From positions 66,588,001 through 66,652,000 of the forward strand of contig NC_043000.1 of NCBI RefSeq assembly GCF_006345805.1: 64,000 nt of DNA, given 5' to 3'. Source of the stretch: Octopus sinensis (Eukaryota). The position numbers and the translations under genes were made by a program. Below, one piece after another: positions 48,950 through 62,104 of this stretch. Every line of letters starts with the position of its first letter. The stretch's first letter is position 1. Below the pieces are notes generated by a model, which worked only from the letters and a program-made list of their open reading frames with translations, ran no database searches and was not told the origin of the DNA.

Positions 48950-50345
48950 TTAGTTGAAGTACATTTTTTTAGCAATGGGCCAAAATATGTGACTGTATTT
49001 GGAGAAAACCAATAGCCAACTATTAACTTTTTTTAAAAGTATCATTTGCTCTTTTTTCGAAGTTAACCAGAAGGTAACGTCAGAAACCATGAACTTTGAA
49101 GTGTTTTCTACACTGGGGAGATCGATGAGGTTGATGTTCAGCACTCATATCTGTAGCTCCGATGTTTGTTGGGCAAAAATCTCAAAGGTTGTTTTGGGAA
49201 GATAGACTAATGTTTGATCTAGGTATGGCACAATAAATATGACCGAAGGAAAGATAGGTAGGTTTAGGGGGCTTGGGACGAGTGATTATACAAGTAAATT
49301 TAGAAGCCATTGTTGTAGCAATAAATGGGGCAAAAAGAGTATTTTGTGTGAATATTCGGTAGTTTTTAGGATGGGGACATTTTTTCATATGTTCGCATAT
49401 AGAGCAGCAGCATCGTGTGAGCAATACATAGTGAGCAATTTTACTTGAACTTTGCTGAGGGTGAGTAACCGATCAGGGTTGAAGATCTTTATGACCTAAA
49501 AGAGAAGCGCTTGTTATTGTGATGCAGTTTTTGAAATGTTAAATATGTTAGGTTGCCATGGCATATTTTTTTAGCTTTGAAGAAGAAGGCTGGTCTTTCG
49601 GACACCGTTTTGGCTATGAGATCAGCAGAGAGTGTGAGAGCAAGCTTTTTCAGTGATTTTGAGATTTTAACTGTGTATTGTTTTTAGCTAAAGAGAGTAA
49701 AGAACAAGATTATTTCTTGAATGAGATTATCACCGTTAATGTTTAATTTCAATTCCTAAGTTAGCAGCTGAAGGGAAATACTGGCAGTTCTTGACTACGG
49801 TTCAAGATTTTCTTTGCATAAAAACATGACGGATGGTTTTCTCCTAGTCGTTTAACCCATATTCTTCAGCTGGAGCAGCTTCAGCATAGTTGTTGTTAAA
49901 TCATTTGCTGTTTATCCAATTAAAGCTGTGGTTGTCTACGGACTGGAAAGAGTCACGCCTGGAGGGCATGGCGTACACATATACACTTGACAGTTTAACA
50001 CAACATCTGAAGTTGTCCCTGAGAAACAGCTGTATCTTACTCACCTGCTCGTTAAGATTCAGCTTGGTTATGTCATAAATGGCTAAACTTCTGAAAACGA
50101 ACGGTTGTGTGACATGAAAATCTGACTCAGGATAAATTAAAGTGTAACGATGTACTTACGAGTTCTTTCTTGATTTCACATGTAGGACACATCTTGTTGA
50201 ACAGACCGTTGCACTGTGTCTCACAATCTTATATTGATATAATCACAGGGAATGCAGTGAGGTGGTAGATTAAGTGAATTCAAATCCCGTTGAAGCAGAC
50301 ATCTTTCAACTTTTCGTGCTAATCATGTACGCGTCAATGAAAGCC
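48950..50345 (-). mobile_element. Possible highly decayed Penelope-like coding region
   Basis: Weak ordered motifs (FID, FEFT, LHFN, RCCCSICEHM, KFTC, KHFKVHG) in the order RT, Cys linker, GIY-YIG. Confidence 0.4.
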
Positions 50346-50631
50346 TGTATAAGGTCGTTCTATTTTCTAGAGATAACAGTTAAATCTTCTTCAAACTACA
50401 CTCTACCGTCTTAAGAATGTTGCCCACTATTTTTTTTAGATATACACAGTAACAGGATGATCACCGCTGGAATAATATTGATCATAGTCAGAGTTGATCT
50501 GGAGCTAAACAACAACAGCAACAACCAATTATATGTGCTGATGAGATCAATAAAACCGAAATATGTGCGGAATTGTCGCCATATGGACTTCCTGGAAAAT
50601 TTCAGGGTAGGGAATTCCTGGAAAGTTCCGA

Positions 50632-51014
50632 GGATGGCTGTGTTGTAAGTAGCTTGCTTACCAACCACATGGTTCCGGGTTCAATCCCACTGCGTAGCAC
50701 CTTGGGCAAGTGTCTTCTACTGTAGCCTCGGGCCGACCAAAGCCTTGTGAGTGGATTTGGTAGACGGAAACTGAAAGAAGCCTGTCGTATATATGTATAT
50801 ATGTGTGTGTCTGTGTTTGCCCCACTAACATCGCTTGACAACCGATGCTGGTGTGTTTACGTCCCCGTAACTTAGCGGTTCGGCAAAAGAGGCCGATAGA
50901 ATAAGTACTAGGCTTACAAAGAATAAGTCATGCGGTCGATTTGCTCGACTAAAGGTGGTGCTCCAGCATGGCCGCAGTCAAATGACTGAAACAAGTAAAA
51001 GAGTAAAGAGAGTA
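50632..51014 (+). mobile_element. tRNA-derived SINE family 2, full length
   Basis: A-box-like TGGCTGTGTTGTAAG, B-box GGTTCAATCCC, body, 'ctccagcatggccgcagtcaaatgactgaaac' 3' end, (GAGTAAA) tail. Confidence 0.88.
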
Positions 51015-52114
51015 TACTGTTAAAGATCAGACTTACTGTCCACACTATTCTGTATTTTATTAACTTTAATTCCAGGGTAGTCACTCGTGCCTGAATTATG
51101 ATGTTTTTCCTCATTTCTGTGGGTATAATTCTAATTAAGACAAAAATAAATATTCCAAGTTTGAGTGTGGGCCCTTGAGTGGTGTTTTTTTTGTGTTGTT
51201 AAAAAAGTTACATGTGGTGTAGCATAGTTAGAATTCTTGGTATTGTGGACAATTAGTCAATGACAACAAGCACATGGTAGAATTATTATTTTTTAGTCTT
51301 CACAAGTGTATCCTTATCGATGTTATCGATTTGACCTGATTTTAGCTTTTTAGAATTTGTTTTGTTTCCTTTGTCTCTTGTAAACCTTTGAGTGTAAATA
51401 TGCTTAAACACAACAAACATAAACACTAAAATCATAAATCCCAAAGGAAAAATAAAAAGCAATAATAAATATCAGATGGGGGTTTCAACCTACAATCCCT
51501 GGCTGCCCCTGAAGTTGTGAATTTAATCTTTTACATTCTCTGTTTCCACTGGTGTTTAGTCTGAGATCGTAACTATAAGCAAAAATAGAAAAAAGAAAGA
51601 AAAGAAAAATGGTGGGCCAGTAGACTAGGAGCCCCCAACCACCAAGCTGTGGGCCAGTACCGGGCCGCACAGAAAGAATAAATTTTAAAATTTTAATCTT
51701 TCTGTTTGATTGACTATTACAATCTGCAGGGTGTTTTTGCATCATATATGTGTTATATGCGTTGTATATACGTATTATATATGTAATAATTAAATTATAT
51801 ATTATGCACTTTACTGTGCTTTGCTATGCATGTGATCTCTCGGTCTTTGAGAAAATTACCTTGGTTGAAACCGGTTCTCGGTACAACAAAAGTTGGGTGG
51901 CGCTGCATTTGACCATAAATGCATATTCTTTGGTGGATAAACCTAATCAGTCACATGGTTTAACACCACAATCTATTTCTTGGAAGCCCTCAGCAAAGTT
52001 TAAATTGTTGCAGTTATTTAGGTTAGGTTTCCGGGGCTTTCATTGTTTCTCCTTCAATCTTGAAGGACCGACAAAAATACCATAGTGTTGTACTTCTGGT
52101 AAAATTATAAAAAT

Positions 52115-52431
52115 ATATTAATAGTTATCGCCAAGCTAACATGGCAGTCCAGAAAGATAGGACGAATACTGCCGTCGATTAGCTCCAAGAAGATATCGTC
52201 TCTAGCTAGCTATGTGACACACGAACCTGTGTCCATTATAACTTTCCAACGGGGGAGGTCAGCCGTTTCCCCTTGCTGGTCTGGCATCTACAGATGTTCG
52301 AAGGTTATAATGGACACAGGTTCGTGTGTCACATAGCTAGCTAGAGGCGATGGCCTCTTGGAGCTAATCAACGGCAGCATTCGTCCTATTTTACTGGGAT
52401 GCCATGTTAGCTTGGCGATAACTATTAATAT
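52115..52431. mobile_element. Foldback/MITE-like element with ~130-bp inverted arms
   Basis: ATATTAATAGTTATCGCCAAGCTAACATGGCA... mirrored by ...TGCCATGTTAGCTTGGCGATAACTATTAATAT; ~50-bp spacer. Confidence 0.8.
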
Positions 52432-53031
52432 CCAGTACCGCTGCCGTAGTCTCCTTTAGAGAGACTTAGAAATATTAATATTTCTATTTATAAAAATATA
52501 GTAAAAAATATTCTAAAATCAAGACCTCTCCGACGAAGAATTAATCAAGGTCATCATAAATGCACTAAAATCAACTCATGAGTACCTCAAATGCAATAGG
52601 CTACTCATGTTCTTTGAATAATTTAGCATTTTGGAATAAGAAAGATTGATTTAAAGTGTAGTTTTTAGAAATGAAATCCTGGATGCGAATTTTTTAATGT
52701 ATTGATTTTACACCATATTATACGTATTTTGAGAGTGAGGTGCGGGTTGTTAGGGCGGAGGGCCGAAAGGAATGTTTAACGTAATGGAGATGTATGATTT
52801 CTTGGGCACCAAGCGATCGCATAGGGAATTTCTTGTTGGCAAATGGTATTAGCAACCTAGGTGAAGTGAGAACGGTCGAAAGATGTAAACGCATGGGAAA
52901 ATTCAGTGTAATTTTTTTTTGAGAACAATAAGATTTATTGGAAAATATAATACAGCGAGTCATGTTAATGTTTCATAGAGCTGGAAGACAAAATTTTAAA
53001 AAGTTTATGCCCATTCATCGGAGCGATGAGG

Positions 53032-53103
<72 letters not shown>

Positions 53104-53105
53104 CT

Positions 53106-53140
<35 letters not shown>

Positions 53141-53160
53141 ACACCACACATACACACATA
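53032..53160. repeat. (TATC)n/(TC)n/(CA)n microsatellite
   Basis: Direct. Confidence 0.95.
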
Positions 53161-54372
53161 CACACACGAAGTAAATAGACACCCTTATAATCATAAAAAA
53201 AATATTTAAATCTGAAATTATACATTCAAATTATTTATTAATTGTTATAATGTGAATATTTAATATTTAGTAGACGTGCCCTTTGTATTTTTCAATGCAA
53301 GGACCCTATTAGGCATGTTACTGATCAGATGACGAATATTCTCTTGCGGGATTTCTTGCCAAGTTTCATAAAGATACTTTCTTGTTCTTTTTATGAAGTG
53401 ACCTGTCCATTATGTTCCAGTGGTGTTCAATAGGGTTCATATCTAGTGACTGGCTTGGCCATGGAAGCTTTTTAATGCCATTCTCATCCAACAAATCTTG
53501 GGTCATTTTAGCCGTTTGAGATGAAGCCCCATTTTCCATAAATAAAGACTCTACTCCAATCATTTTTCCACCGGAGAAGATTGGAAGGAATCCTTTCTGC
53601 AATATGGACACATATTTATCTGAGTTTATGTTTTCCTCACACTCCACCAGCTCTGATCAACCATTGTTCCAGCTCCAAATTGCTCTCCAGACCATCACAG
53701 AATAGCTGCCGTGTTTCATTGTTTGATGCAATCTTTTCACATCAAATTCTTGATCACAGAGTCTCCAGACTCACACTCGACCACTGCCAAGAAATACAGC
53801 AAATCTGGATTCATCAGAGAATATGACAGTGTTCCAAAATACTAGTGGCCTCTCCACCATCTCACTGGCCCAATCTTTTCTCCGCTTAATGTTGACTGGT
53901 CGAAGAAGTGGCTTCCTTCTTGCTTGCTCTACCAAGGTAACCAGGTTTGTGCAGATACCTGACAGCTGTTCTGAGACTTGACATCAACTTGTTCTGCAAT
54001 GTCGGAGGCGTTGCAACGAGGTTTATCCTCCACACTCCTCTTAACAAAAAGAAGGGTCCTGTCAGAGGGCCCTGGTTGATCTGGGCGAAGTGATGTGGAC
54101 TCCTTCTCTTTCTGGTGAATTGCACAATCACTTTATTAACTGTAGAAAGTGGGATCTCAAGGTTTTCAGAATGACTCACAATACGGCATCTTTGAAATTC
54201 AGATAGTTCCTAGGCTTTTTTTATACATGGCATGATTAAACTGTGACATATAGAACCTGAAGCATAAAAATGTCAATTAATAAAAAAAAACACAAACCTT
54301 TAAAAGTTAGAATAAACATAAAACGATGTTTTATGGGGTGTCTATTTACTTCTGTCGTGCGCGCGCGTGTGT
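53161..54372 (-). mobile_element. Tc1-like transposon, decayed
   Basis: TIR core GAAGTAAATAGACACCC (53168-53184 / 54336-54352); LEIPLSTVNKVI HTH, FMENGASSQTAK, WPSQSLDMNPIEHHW. Confidence 0.88.
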
Positions 54373-54383
54373 ATACACATTCC

Positions 54384-55575
54384 TTATTTAAGAGGGTAGG
54401 GCGTTATCCCAATGAAATTTGGCTGCTATTTCTTGCAGGTCGAGCGGTCATGCAGAAAGATTCCCTCGCCGACTCGAGAAATAGTACGCGTAACAGATGA
54501 GGCAGTGAGTACAGAGTGCTAAGAAACAGTCGATATATGTCGATGGTGGGCAGAGGATTATAGGGTATTAGTGGATGAGGCTTTGCATGTTAGGTGGAAG
54601 GGTTTTTTTTATACATGCATACATCTTTAAGGATAACTGATGGTTTGTTTAAAGTGAAAAAGTGTCTCGCAACGTTAACTTTCCTCTCTGTCGTCTGTGA
54701 CCGATTTTAATCCAGTGGCATGACTATCGAACTACGAAAGTTTCTTCTGCAGAGTCTGCCAGATCCAGTCTTCACATGTATTGGTAGGCAAGCCCTAATA
54801 TGCTACTTAACCTACAGCTGGGACAATGACAAATGTTATTACTCCGGGTCAGAGTAAATCTGGGAAAAATAGTTGCTTAGAGGTGGTTCCATTCTCCTCA
54901 AAAACTCTAGAACACCCGGACCCCTGAAAGAGATGTAGTCTGAAGTCATATCCAGGACAAAATACCCAGACAAAATAGTGAATACATTACCTTCAAAAAT
55001 GGCGAGGAAAAATGTATTGAAAATGCCATTTCATATCACTAGTTTCATTTTTGAGGATGGCAATCTCTATTTCGATTAGACTTTGTGGGCAGGTAAATCA
55101 GGGGCTTACACGCAGGACATTTTCATTAATATAGGTTCCAAAAGGAAGCTGTCAGAGAGTAGCCGGTTCTTGGTCAGCTTACGATCCTTCTATTACTGAA
55201 ATTTGAATTAAGATAAAAATTGCTAATATGAGAAATATTAGTGGTTGCTAGAGCAGATCTACATTCAAAGGTGTTCCGTAATTTTCGCGTATCAATGTCC
55301 ATATTTGCGTATCAATGTCTGTTTTATCGCTCGTTATTTAAGAGGGTAGGGCGTGATCCCAATGAAATTTGGCTGCTATTTCTTGCAAGCCAAGCGGTCA
55401 TGCAGAGAGACCACCCCTCACCGACTTGAGAAATAGTACACACAACAGTACACGAGGCAGTAAGTACAGAGTGCTAAGAAACAGTCGATACAGGTCGATG
55501 ATGGGCAGAGGATTGTAAGGTATTAGTGGATGAAGCTCTGCGTGTCATGTGGGAAGGTTTTTTATATATGCATAC
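54384..55575 (+). repeat. ~240-bp direct repeat pair (54384-54625 and 55334-55575)
   Basis: 'ttatttaagagggtagggcg..atcccaatgaaatttggctgc...gtgctaagaaacagtcgata...ggaagg' occurs twice. Confidence 0.85.
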
Positions 55576-55692
55576 ATACATACATACATACATACATACA
55601 TACATACATACATACATACATACAGACAGACAGACAGACTGGCAGACAGACAAGCAAACAGGCAGACAGACTGGCAGACAGACAGACAGACA
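55570..55692. repeat. (CATA)n/(CAGA)n microsatellite
   Basis: Direct. Confidence 0.95.
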
Positions 55693-56889
55693 ATAACAAC
55701 TGAAGCGTAGTTGCAATTCCATTGGAAGGGGTAGTTTGAACCTAATATAAAGTTCGGGACCGAATTATTTTCTAGTCCTGAAAATATAACCGAAATTTGA
55801 GTTGCAAATATTTGGCTCTGCTACTATTTTTTAGTCTGTACATTTTTTTAATGTTTTCTTCCTGTAATTCTTTGTACTTACTATAACTTTGTTTAGTTAT
55901 ATTTTACGAAGTATTTGTAAGAGACTGGTGAGATGGTTTGTTTGGTTGTTGCTTTGGCAATGTAGTTGATATTTTCCTGACGCATTAAAACGTTTTAAAA
56001 CATCAAGTTTAATAGCTAATGTAGAACTTTTACGGTTCCTTTTTGCACAACGACCTTCAGTTGCATTTGAAGGCTTCTTTCCAGATATCTTGAATTAGTA
56101 ATAAATTCAACAAAGGTGGGGATCAACAATAATCTACGATACATATGAAGTGAAATAAACAGCACCAGAACAGAAGTGTTTTGTAAAAGCGTCAAAAAAG
56201 AAACGAAAGATAAAAATTATCCCTATGGATGTACGAATAGAAACGAGAAGATGAAAAGGTGGGCTAGGTGAGGAAATAACGTTGATTACAGTTAGTTGAA
56301 TGGTTTCTAGGCTCTTGGGTAGTCGACTCATTGTGTCTCTGATTTGAACCATAAAACTCTACACTCTACTTTTTCATACATATGCTAATACACACACACA
56401 CATGCTAGCATCTACCCCCGTTGTGTTGACATACAACATATGTAGCTACAGTCGTTGCTACCATGTTGAAACTACTATTGTTGTTGCCAGTTGGCTATCC
56501 AAAAGCTGGTGAGTTGGTAGTGATGTTAATTTTCGTGTTGGTGATAGTAGAGCATTGTTGTGGTGGCGGTGGTAATATTGTTCTTGTTAATTGCATCAGT
56601 GTTGCTGCTTAGTTTCAAGTTAATCCTCATTGTTCTAAAATGAAAGAAACTAAAAATACACTACAATACCATATGATCTCTTGTGATTGTTTTTATTTCA
56701 AATACAGTAGTTCATCTTGTTCTTACTATTGTTGCTATTGTTGGTCATTAAGGAGCTGGTGGAATGGTAATGGCAGTGATCGTATTGGTTTTGGCGTTGG
56801 TGGTGGTTGTGTGATGGTAAGGATGGATTTATATATATATGAAAAATAATGATGAGAGACAAAATGTCTCTCATCATCATTTTTCCTAT

Positions 56890-57885
56890 TGATATGAAGG
56901 TCAAAATGGAAAAAGTGCTATGACCCAGTTTCGTTGGTTTGGTGCCAGATGGACAGGCGAAAGAAGTTATTTGGCTTTGTCTTGTCATCTGTCGGGAAAA
57001 TTAATGAGTTAGGAAGTGACATTTTGGTCCCTACGGTCAGGGAAAGTTTAAGAAAGAAATAAAAATGCTACCCTTTATAAATGCGGCTGGCATTGGGGTT
57101 AGTGGTCAGTTTGGCGTGAGAGTTTTACCTGAGACAGTCAGTTGGCAACAGGGTAGTTGGCGTGAGGGTCGAGGCAGAGTCGGTTGCAATGGCGAGAAAG
57201 ACAGACACAGGAGATTGAGGACTTGTCAATAGAGAGGAAGTGAGGGAGATTACGGCGAGAAGGCTATTTGTAGTGGGAGCTGAGGTTGTTGCAGACTCGG
57301 AACGTGCGGTAATGTTTATGTTTTTGTTGTTGAATTTTGGATGTTGATGTGAATTGTAAAAGAAAAGAGAAAAGAACTTGTGAATTGTGTCAAAAGAACT
57401 GTAAAAAAGAGAAGAAAAAGAAGGGAAAAGAAGATTGTGACATAAACTGTAATCTATTGAAATGTAAAAAAAGAATTGTTAAAAAGAAAGAGAAAGACTT
57501 TAATTTGGACTGTTTTAGAACTCTGTATTGTGTTGAACATTTGTTTGAATTGTTTTCGGACGTTGTATTATGTTTAAATGCATTGATTGTTTTTCCTTTT
57601 TTTAAACTCAGTACAATTCGTTGAATGTTTTTCTTTAAATGCATCTGACATGTATTACGTTTCGATTGATGTTGTAACAATTGTATAAACTGTCGTTAAA
57701 TGTAAGCAACTACCTTCCGCTGTCTCTCTCTTCCTGTTGTTGTTGTTGTCTCCGGTCACCGGTCTGTGTTCGTTGCCATCCCACCACCGTTTTCTGTGGT
57801 GGATTTCCGTTTGACTGAACGTGGTCGTCGTCGTCGCTCGACATAGGGTCCCGAGTTCGAGTTGAGCGACGGCAGGTTCGTAACA
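56890..57885 (+). mobile_element. Probable solo LTR (996 bp)
   Basis: CTAT|TGATATGAA...TTCGTAACA|CTAT: TG..CA ends, imperfect terminal inverted repeat, 4-bp TSD, TATAAAT near 57077. Confidence 0.65.
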
Positions 57886-58334
57886 CTATTTTCCTATGGC
57901 TCAAATACATTGAGCAATTCGATGTGTCTTATATATATAGAGAAAATTTGATCACTAGCCATGCCTATGATACAAAATTATCACAGGCAATAAAAAACTA
58001 ATATGATGCCACAAGCTTACAACGGGACTGATATGGTATTGAATTTCGAGACCGTTTATTTCAGAAATACCGATAGATATATAGTCATGAAACGCGCGTT
58101 GTCTAAATAATTTAATTTGATATATGATTCAGAATAGTAATTGTAGATATTAATTTTGATAAAAGTTAATCTTATATATCTCTATCCTAGATAATGTCAT
58201 TCAATGTTGTTTGAGTTGCTTGAAGGTGGTTTTGTCTCTTAAACCTATTTATGTATATATATATAAATTCAGGGTGAATACTTGATAAGTATAAGCACCT
58301 GTATATGCCAGCTAGTAGCAGAGGTGAGAGGATA

Positions 58335-58425
58335 TATGTATCAAATGAAATAAAAAACAGAACACAAAGGATGTCGTGGTACATGACATCCTTTGTGTTC
58401 TGTTTTTTATTTCATTTGATACATA
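58335..58425. repeat. Near-perfect palindrome (41-bp arms)
   Basis: 58335-58375 is the exact reverse complement of 58385-58425. Confidence 0.95.
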
Positions 58426-58435
58426 CATACATATA

Positions 58436-58526
<91 letters not shown>

Positions 58527-58589
58527 GTGTATGCATACATACACACTCACTCACACACACACACACACACATATATATATGTATATATG

Positions 58590-58622
<33 letters not shown>

Positions 58623-58791
58623 GTATGTATATGTGTGTGTATATATATATATATATACACACATATATACATACACATATACATATATATATATCCAGAA
58701 AGAAACAAATAGACAGACAAACTTCCTGACGGAGAGACAGACTGAAAAACAGACTGACGGACAGATAGACAGACAGACAGACAGACAGATA

Positions 58792-58829
<38 letters not shown>

Positions 58830-59045
58830 TATGTGGGTAGGTAGGTAGATAAATAGATAAATACTCATTGTGATCCAACAAAATATACACAAACACAAAT
58901 ATTTACAATGAAAAATTTAACTTTACACTCCGTAAGTCGTTGTAGGAGCACACAGCCATGTATGTATGTATGTATGTATGTATGTATGTATGTATGTATG
59001 TATGTATGTATGTATGTATGTATGTACGTACGTATGTATGCATGT
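58426..59045. repeat. Compound (TA)/(CA)/(TATG)/(CAGA) microsatellite cluster
   Basis: Direct. Confidence 0.95.
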
Positions 59046-59805
59046 TTCTATGTATGCTGATTATAGTTTTCTAGATTGTTAACTACTTCGACCTTTTGCG
59101 AAAACACCGAGAATTGGCTTTTTGGTTAAGAAGAAAATGTTTTTAAATTCTTAAAATTTATCCAAGTTTCCACGAGTGCGAAATTACAAGACCGTATCCC
59201 GAAATTATTGGCTATAGTTTACAGTTTTCATAAGCGCAAAATCTCATAAGCAGAAGTAGCCGTAATGCAGAGGAGGCCTGTGCCGTTAAGTATTTATTAT
59301 CTGTGCTTGACAGAATCTCGTCGAAATCAATTTTGCTTCCCAACTCTTCCATGGCTGATAAAATAGTACTTGTCATGTACCTATAATCCACTGTAAATAT
59401 GAATGGAATTAAAATATCGGAGGATTTAATCAGCCATCATATGTATGTCTACTCCACTATACAGCTGTTGGCTTTTGGGTCTCTCTGCTGCAAGTATTCA
59501 AAGTAGGTCTCTGGTTTGCGGGTTATCTATGAACCATATGATCTCTCTTTTTCTCTATGAACCCCAGAGGCTTTGAAATGGGTCACGGGTGCTGCCTTTA
59601 CTCTTCTGACTACGCGCCCTCCCATATCTGTTATAACTGCTAATTTTCTCCAAATTTGTTGATATCACAACTTTAAGCTTTTATATCAGGCTTTGAAATA
59701 CTTGGGAAATTTTATTAAAAAAAGAAAACATATTAGACTTTTCTCAAAATTTCTCCAGGTTTAACTCATTTTTCATCAGCCGTTACATGGACAAATAAAT
59801 GAATT

Positions 59806-60800
59806 ATTGGTTTGGCAAGAAAATAATTTCGTTTTTCGCAAACAGATTGAGTTACGATATTTTTGAATGACTTTTCTCAATGTTATGGTTTTTTTCCTTT
59901 TGACGTTTGATAGCCATTACTTTTAGCTTACTTTAGAAGCAAATTGCGCATAATTTTGTCTACAACTGTTAGTTCAGTGTCAATTTTAACATGGAGTGCA
60001 AAAACGAACATTTTCGCCACATTTTACTTTTTTATTTCTGTAAAGGCAAGAAAACTGCTGAGACTCACATAGAGGTATGCGAAGTTTATGGTGTTGATTG
60101 CTTAACAGAACGCACATGTCAGAAATGGTTTAAAACTTCCGTTCTGGAGATTATTCACTCAAAGACGACCTACTGAAGTTGATGATGACCGAAGAAGTTC
60201 GATATTTGGGTTCTATATAAATTGAAAGAGATTCACTTAACATAACGAACCAATATTTGCGATATGCATCTCAAACGCAATTAAATTGACCTTTTTTGAA
60301 ACGAATCATCACTGGTGATGAAAAATGGATTGTCTACAATAACATCAATCGGAAACGATCATGGTCCAAGCGTAATGAATCAGCACAATCCACATCGAAA
60401 GCCGAATTGCATAAAAAGGGCTATGCTGTCAATTTGGTGGGATTACAAAGGTGTTGTGTATTTTGAGTTGCTTGCAAGGAACCAAACGATCAATTCAGAT
60501 GTTTACTGTCAACAACTAATGAAACTGGAGGAAGCAACCGGCCAGAATTGGGAAATCGTAAAGGAATCGTGGTCCACCATGACAATACTAGACCACATAC
60601 GTCTTTGTTAACTCGTGAAAAATTATTGGAGCTTGGTAAGGAAGTGATGTCACATCTACCATATAGCCCTGACCTTGCACCATCAGATTACCATTTATTT
60701 CGTAGTTTGTAAAACTTTTTGAATGGTAAAATCTGAAATCGCACTTGCTTCACTTTTTGGCTGAAAAGGATCAGAAGTTCTCTGAGCACGGAATCATCTT
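59806..60800 (+). mobile_element. Mariner (DD34D) transposon, decayed
   Basis: HFRHILLFYF.KGK, VYG..CLTERTCQKWF, IITGDEKW, MLSIWWDYKGVVYFELL, HDNTRPH, YSPDLAPSDYHLF. Confidence 0.9.
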
Positions 60801-61364
60801 TAGTCAGTAAGTGTTATCTCCTAGTTGCTTCCCCACTAGAAGTCAAAGGAAATGATTACTATTCCCTTCAAACCTTGCTTTTGTGACGTGGACATCAATG
60901 TTTTCAAACTGGGCTATTTTCCATTACATTTTAGACAGATTCAGCGCTGATTTGCTGAATCAGAAATATCGTTATAACAAATAATCTGCTCAATATCACA
61001 GATTTGCTTGTCAGTTGCTTGACCGTAACCACTTGAGCATGTCCCTTAGTGGTAGACCATATGGGCATCTCTGATCATAAGCAGGAATAGTGGGGTAGTA
61101 TCATAGCTACGTGCTGAGAGGGATTCTTTATGGTTTGAATAAATGTAACAAAAGCAAAATCTGAAAGAAATATTAGAGCCATTTTTCATACTTTCTAGGG
61201 GTACACAAATAGGAAATAACAGTTGCTATCCAAGGACAAAAAATATGCTACCTAGTGTAATTTATAACCTCAACAATATCTCTAGAATTACAAATCTTCT
61301 TCAACTGAACCATGTGTAAAGAGAGGAATAGGTCCAACCACACATTGATAATTGACCATTTTAA

Positions 61365-61697
61365 CCCTTTGCCTGCCTTATGCATTTTCATATGTTAGTC
61401 CGAAACATCCATGCTTGTTTTTTAACTTTTAGTTGGATCTGGTTTCATACGTTATGAGTAATATAAAGCTTTCTTTCCATAAATCCCAACTTATTCGGGG
61501 AGTGGAAAAAATTAGGCAATGTGCATCATATGTGATCATGTGATCTATGGCAGGCCTGTCGCCAGACTTTAATGCCTGGGGATGTTTCAGAATATTCTAG
61601 GTGGGCACTAATTTGTAATAATGCTAATGTGGAGTTTAGCAACGGGCACGGTGCACGAACGCCTGGGAAATATAAGATACACAGGACAGGCAAAGGT
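61365..61697. mobile_element. piggyBac-type MITE (second family)
   Basis: TTAA|CCCTTTGCCTGCCT...AGGACAGGCAAAGGT|TTAA. Confidence 0.72.
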
Positions 61698-62104
61698 TTA
61701 ACTTTAGTGATAACCGAAATATAGTAATTTTCATGGCCGCATTTCTATTAACATATGTTAAGCTTTACCATTTTTAGTCGGTAAGAATTTCACAAATTTG
61801 TCTATAAATATTTGCACAACATGAATTAAGTTTCGTTGCATAAAAAATTCTTGTATTAAACAAACAAAAATTATTACTATTTACGCTGATAATTAATCAG
61901 ACAAAAATATCTGAAATATACCACATGTTTTGAAAAAAATAACAAGAGAGATATTGCCTAATAAACAAATTATATAGAAATAATATATCCTGTTGATATA
62001 GAGACTCATTGTTATACATACATACATACATACATACATACATACATACATACATACATACATACATACATACATACATACATACATACATACATACATA
62101 CACA

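Noticed and set aside
51843-51880. Hammerhead-like motif CTTTGAGA...GAAACCGGTTC
   Set aside because: Core deviates from CUGANGA and stem II is weak; at best a decayed Penelope terminal repeat
58305-58898. Overlapping 110-135 aa ORFs (also 33828, 36241, 46427, 48538, 61893, 63248)
   Set aside because: Microsatellite translations
59991-60710. SETMAR-like host gene
   Set aside because: Mariner transposase remnant with stops and a deletion; no SET domain
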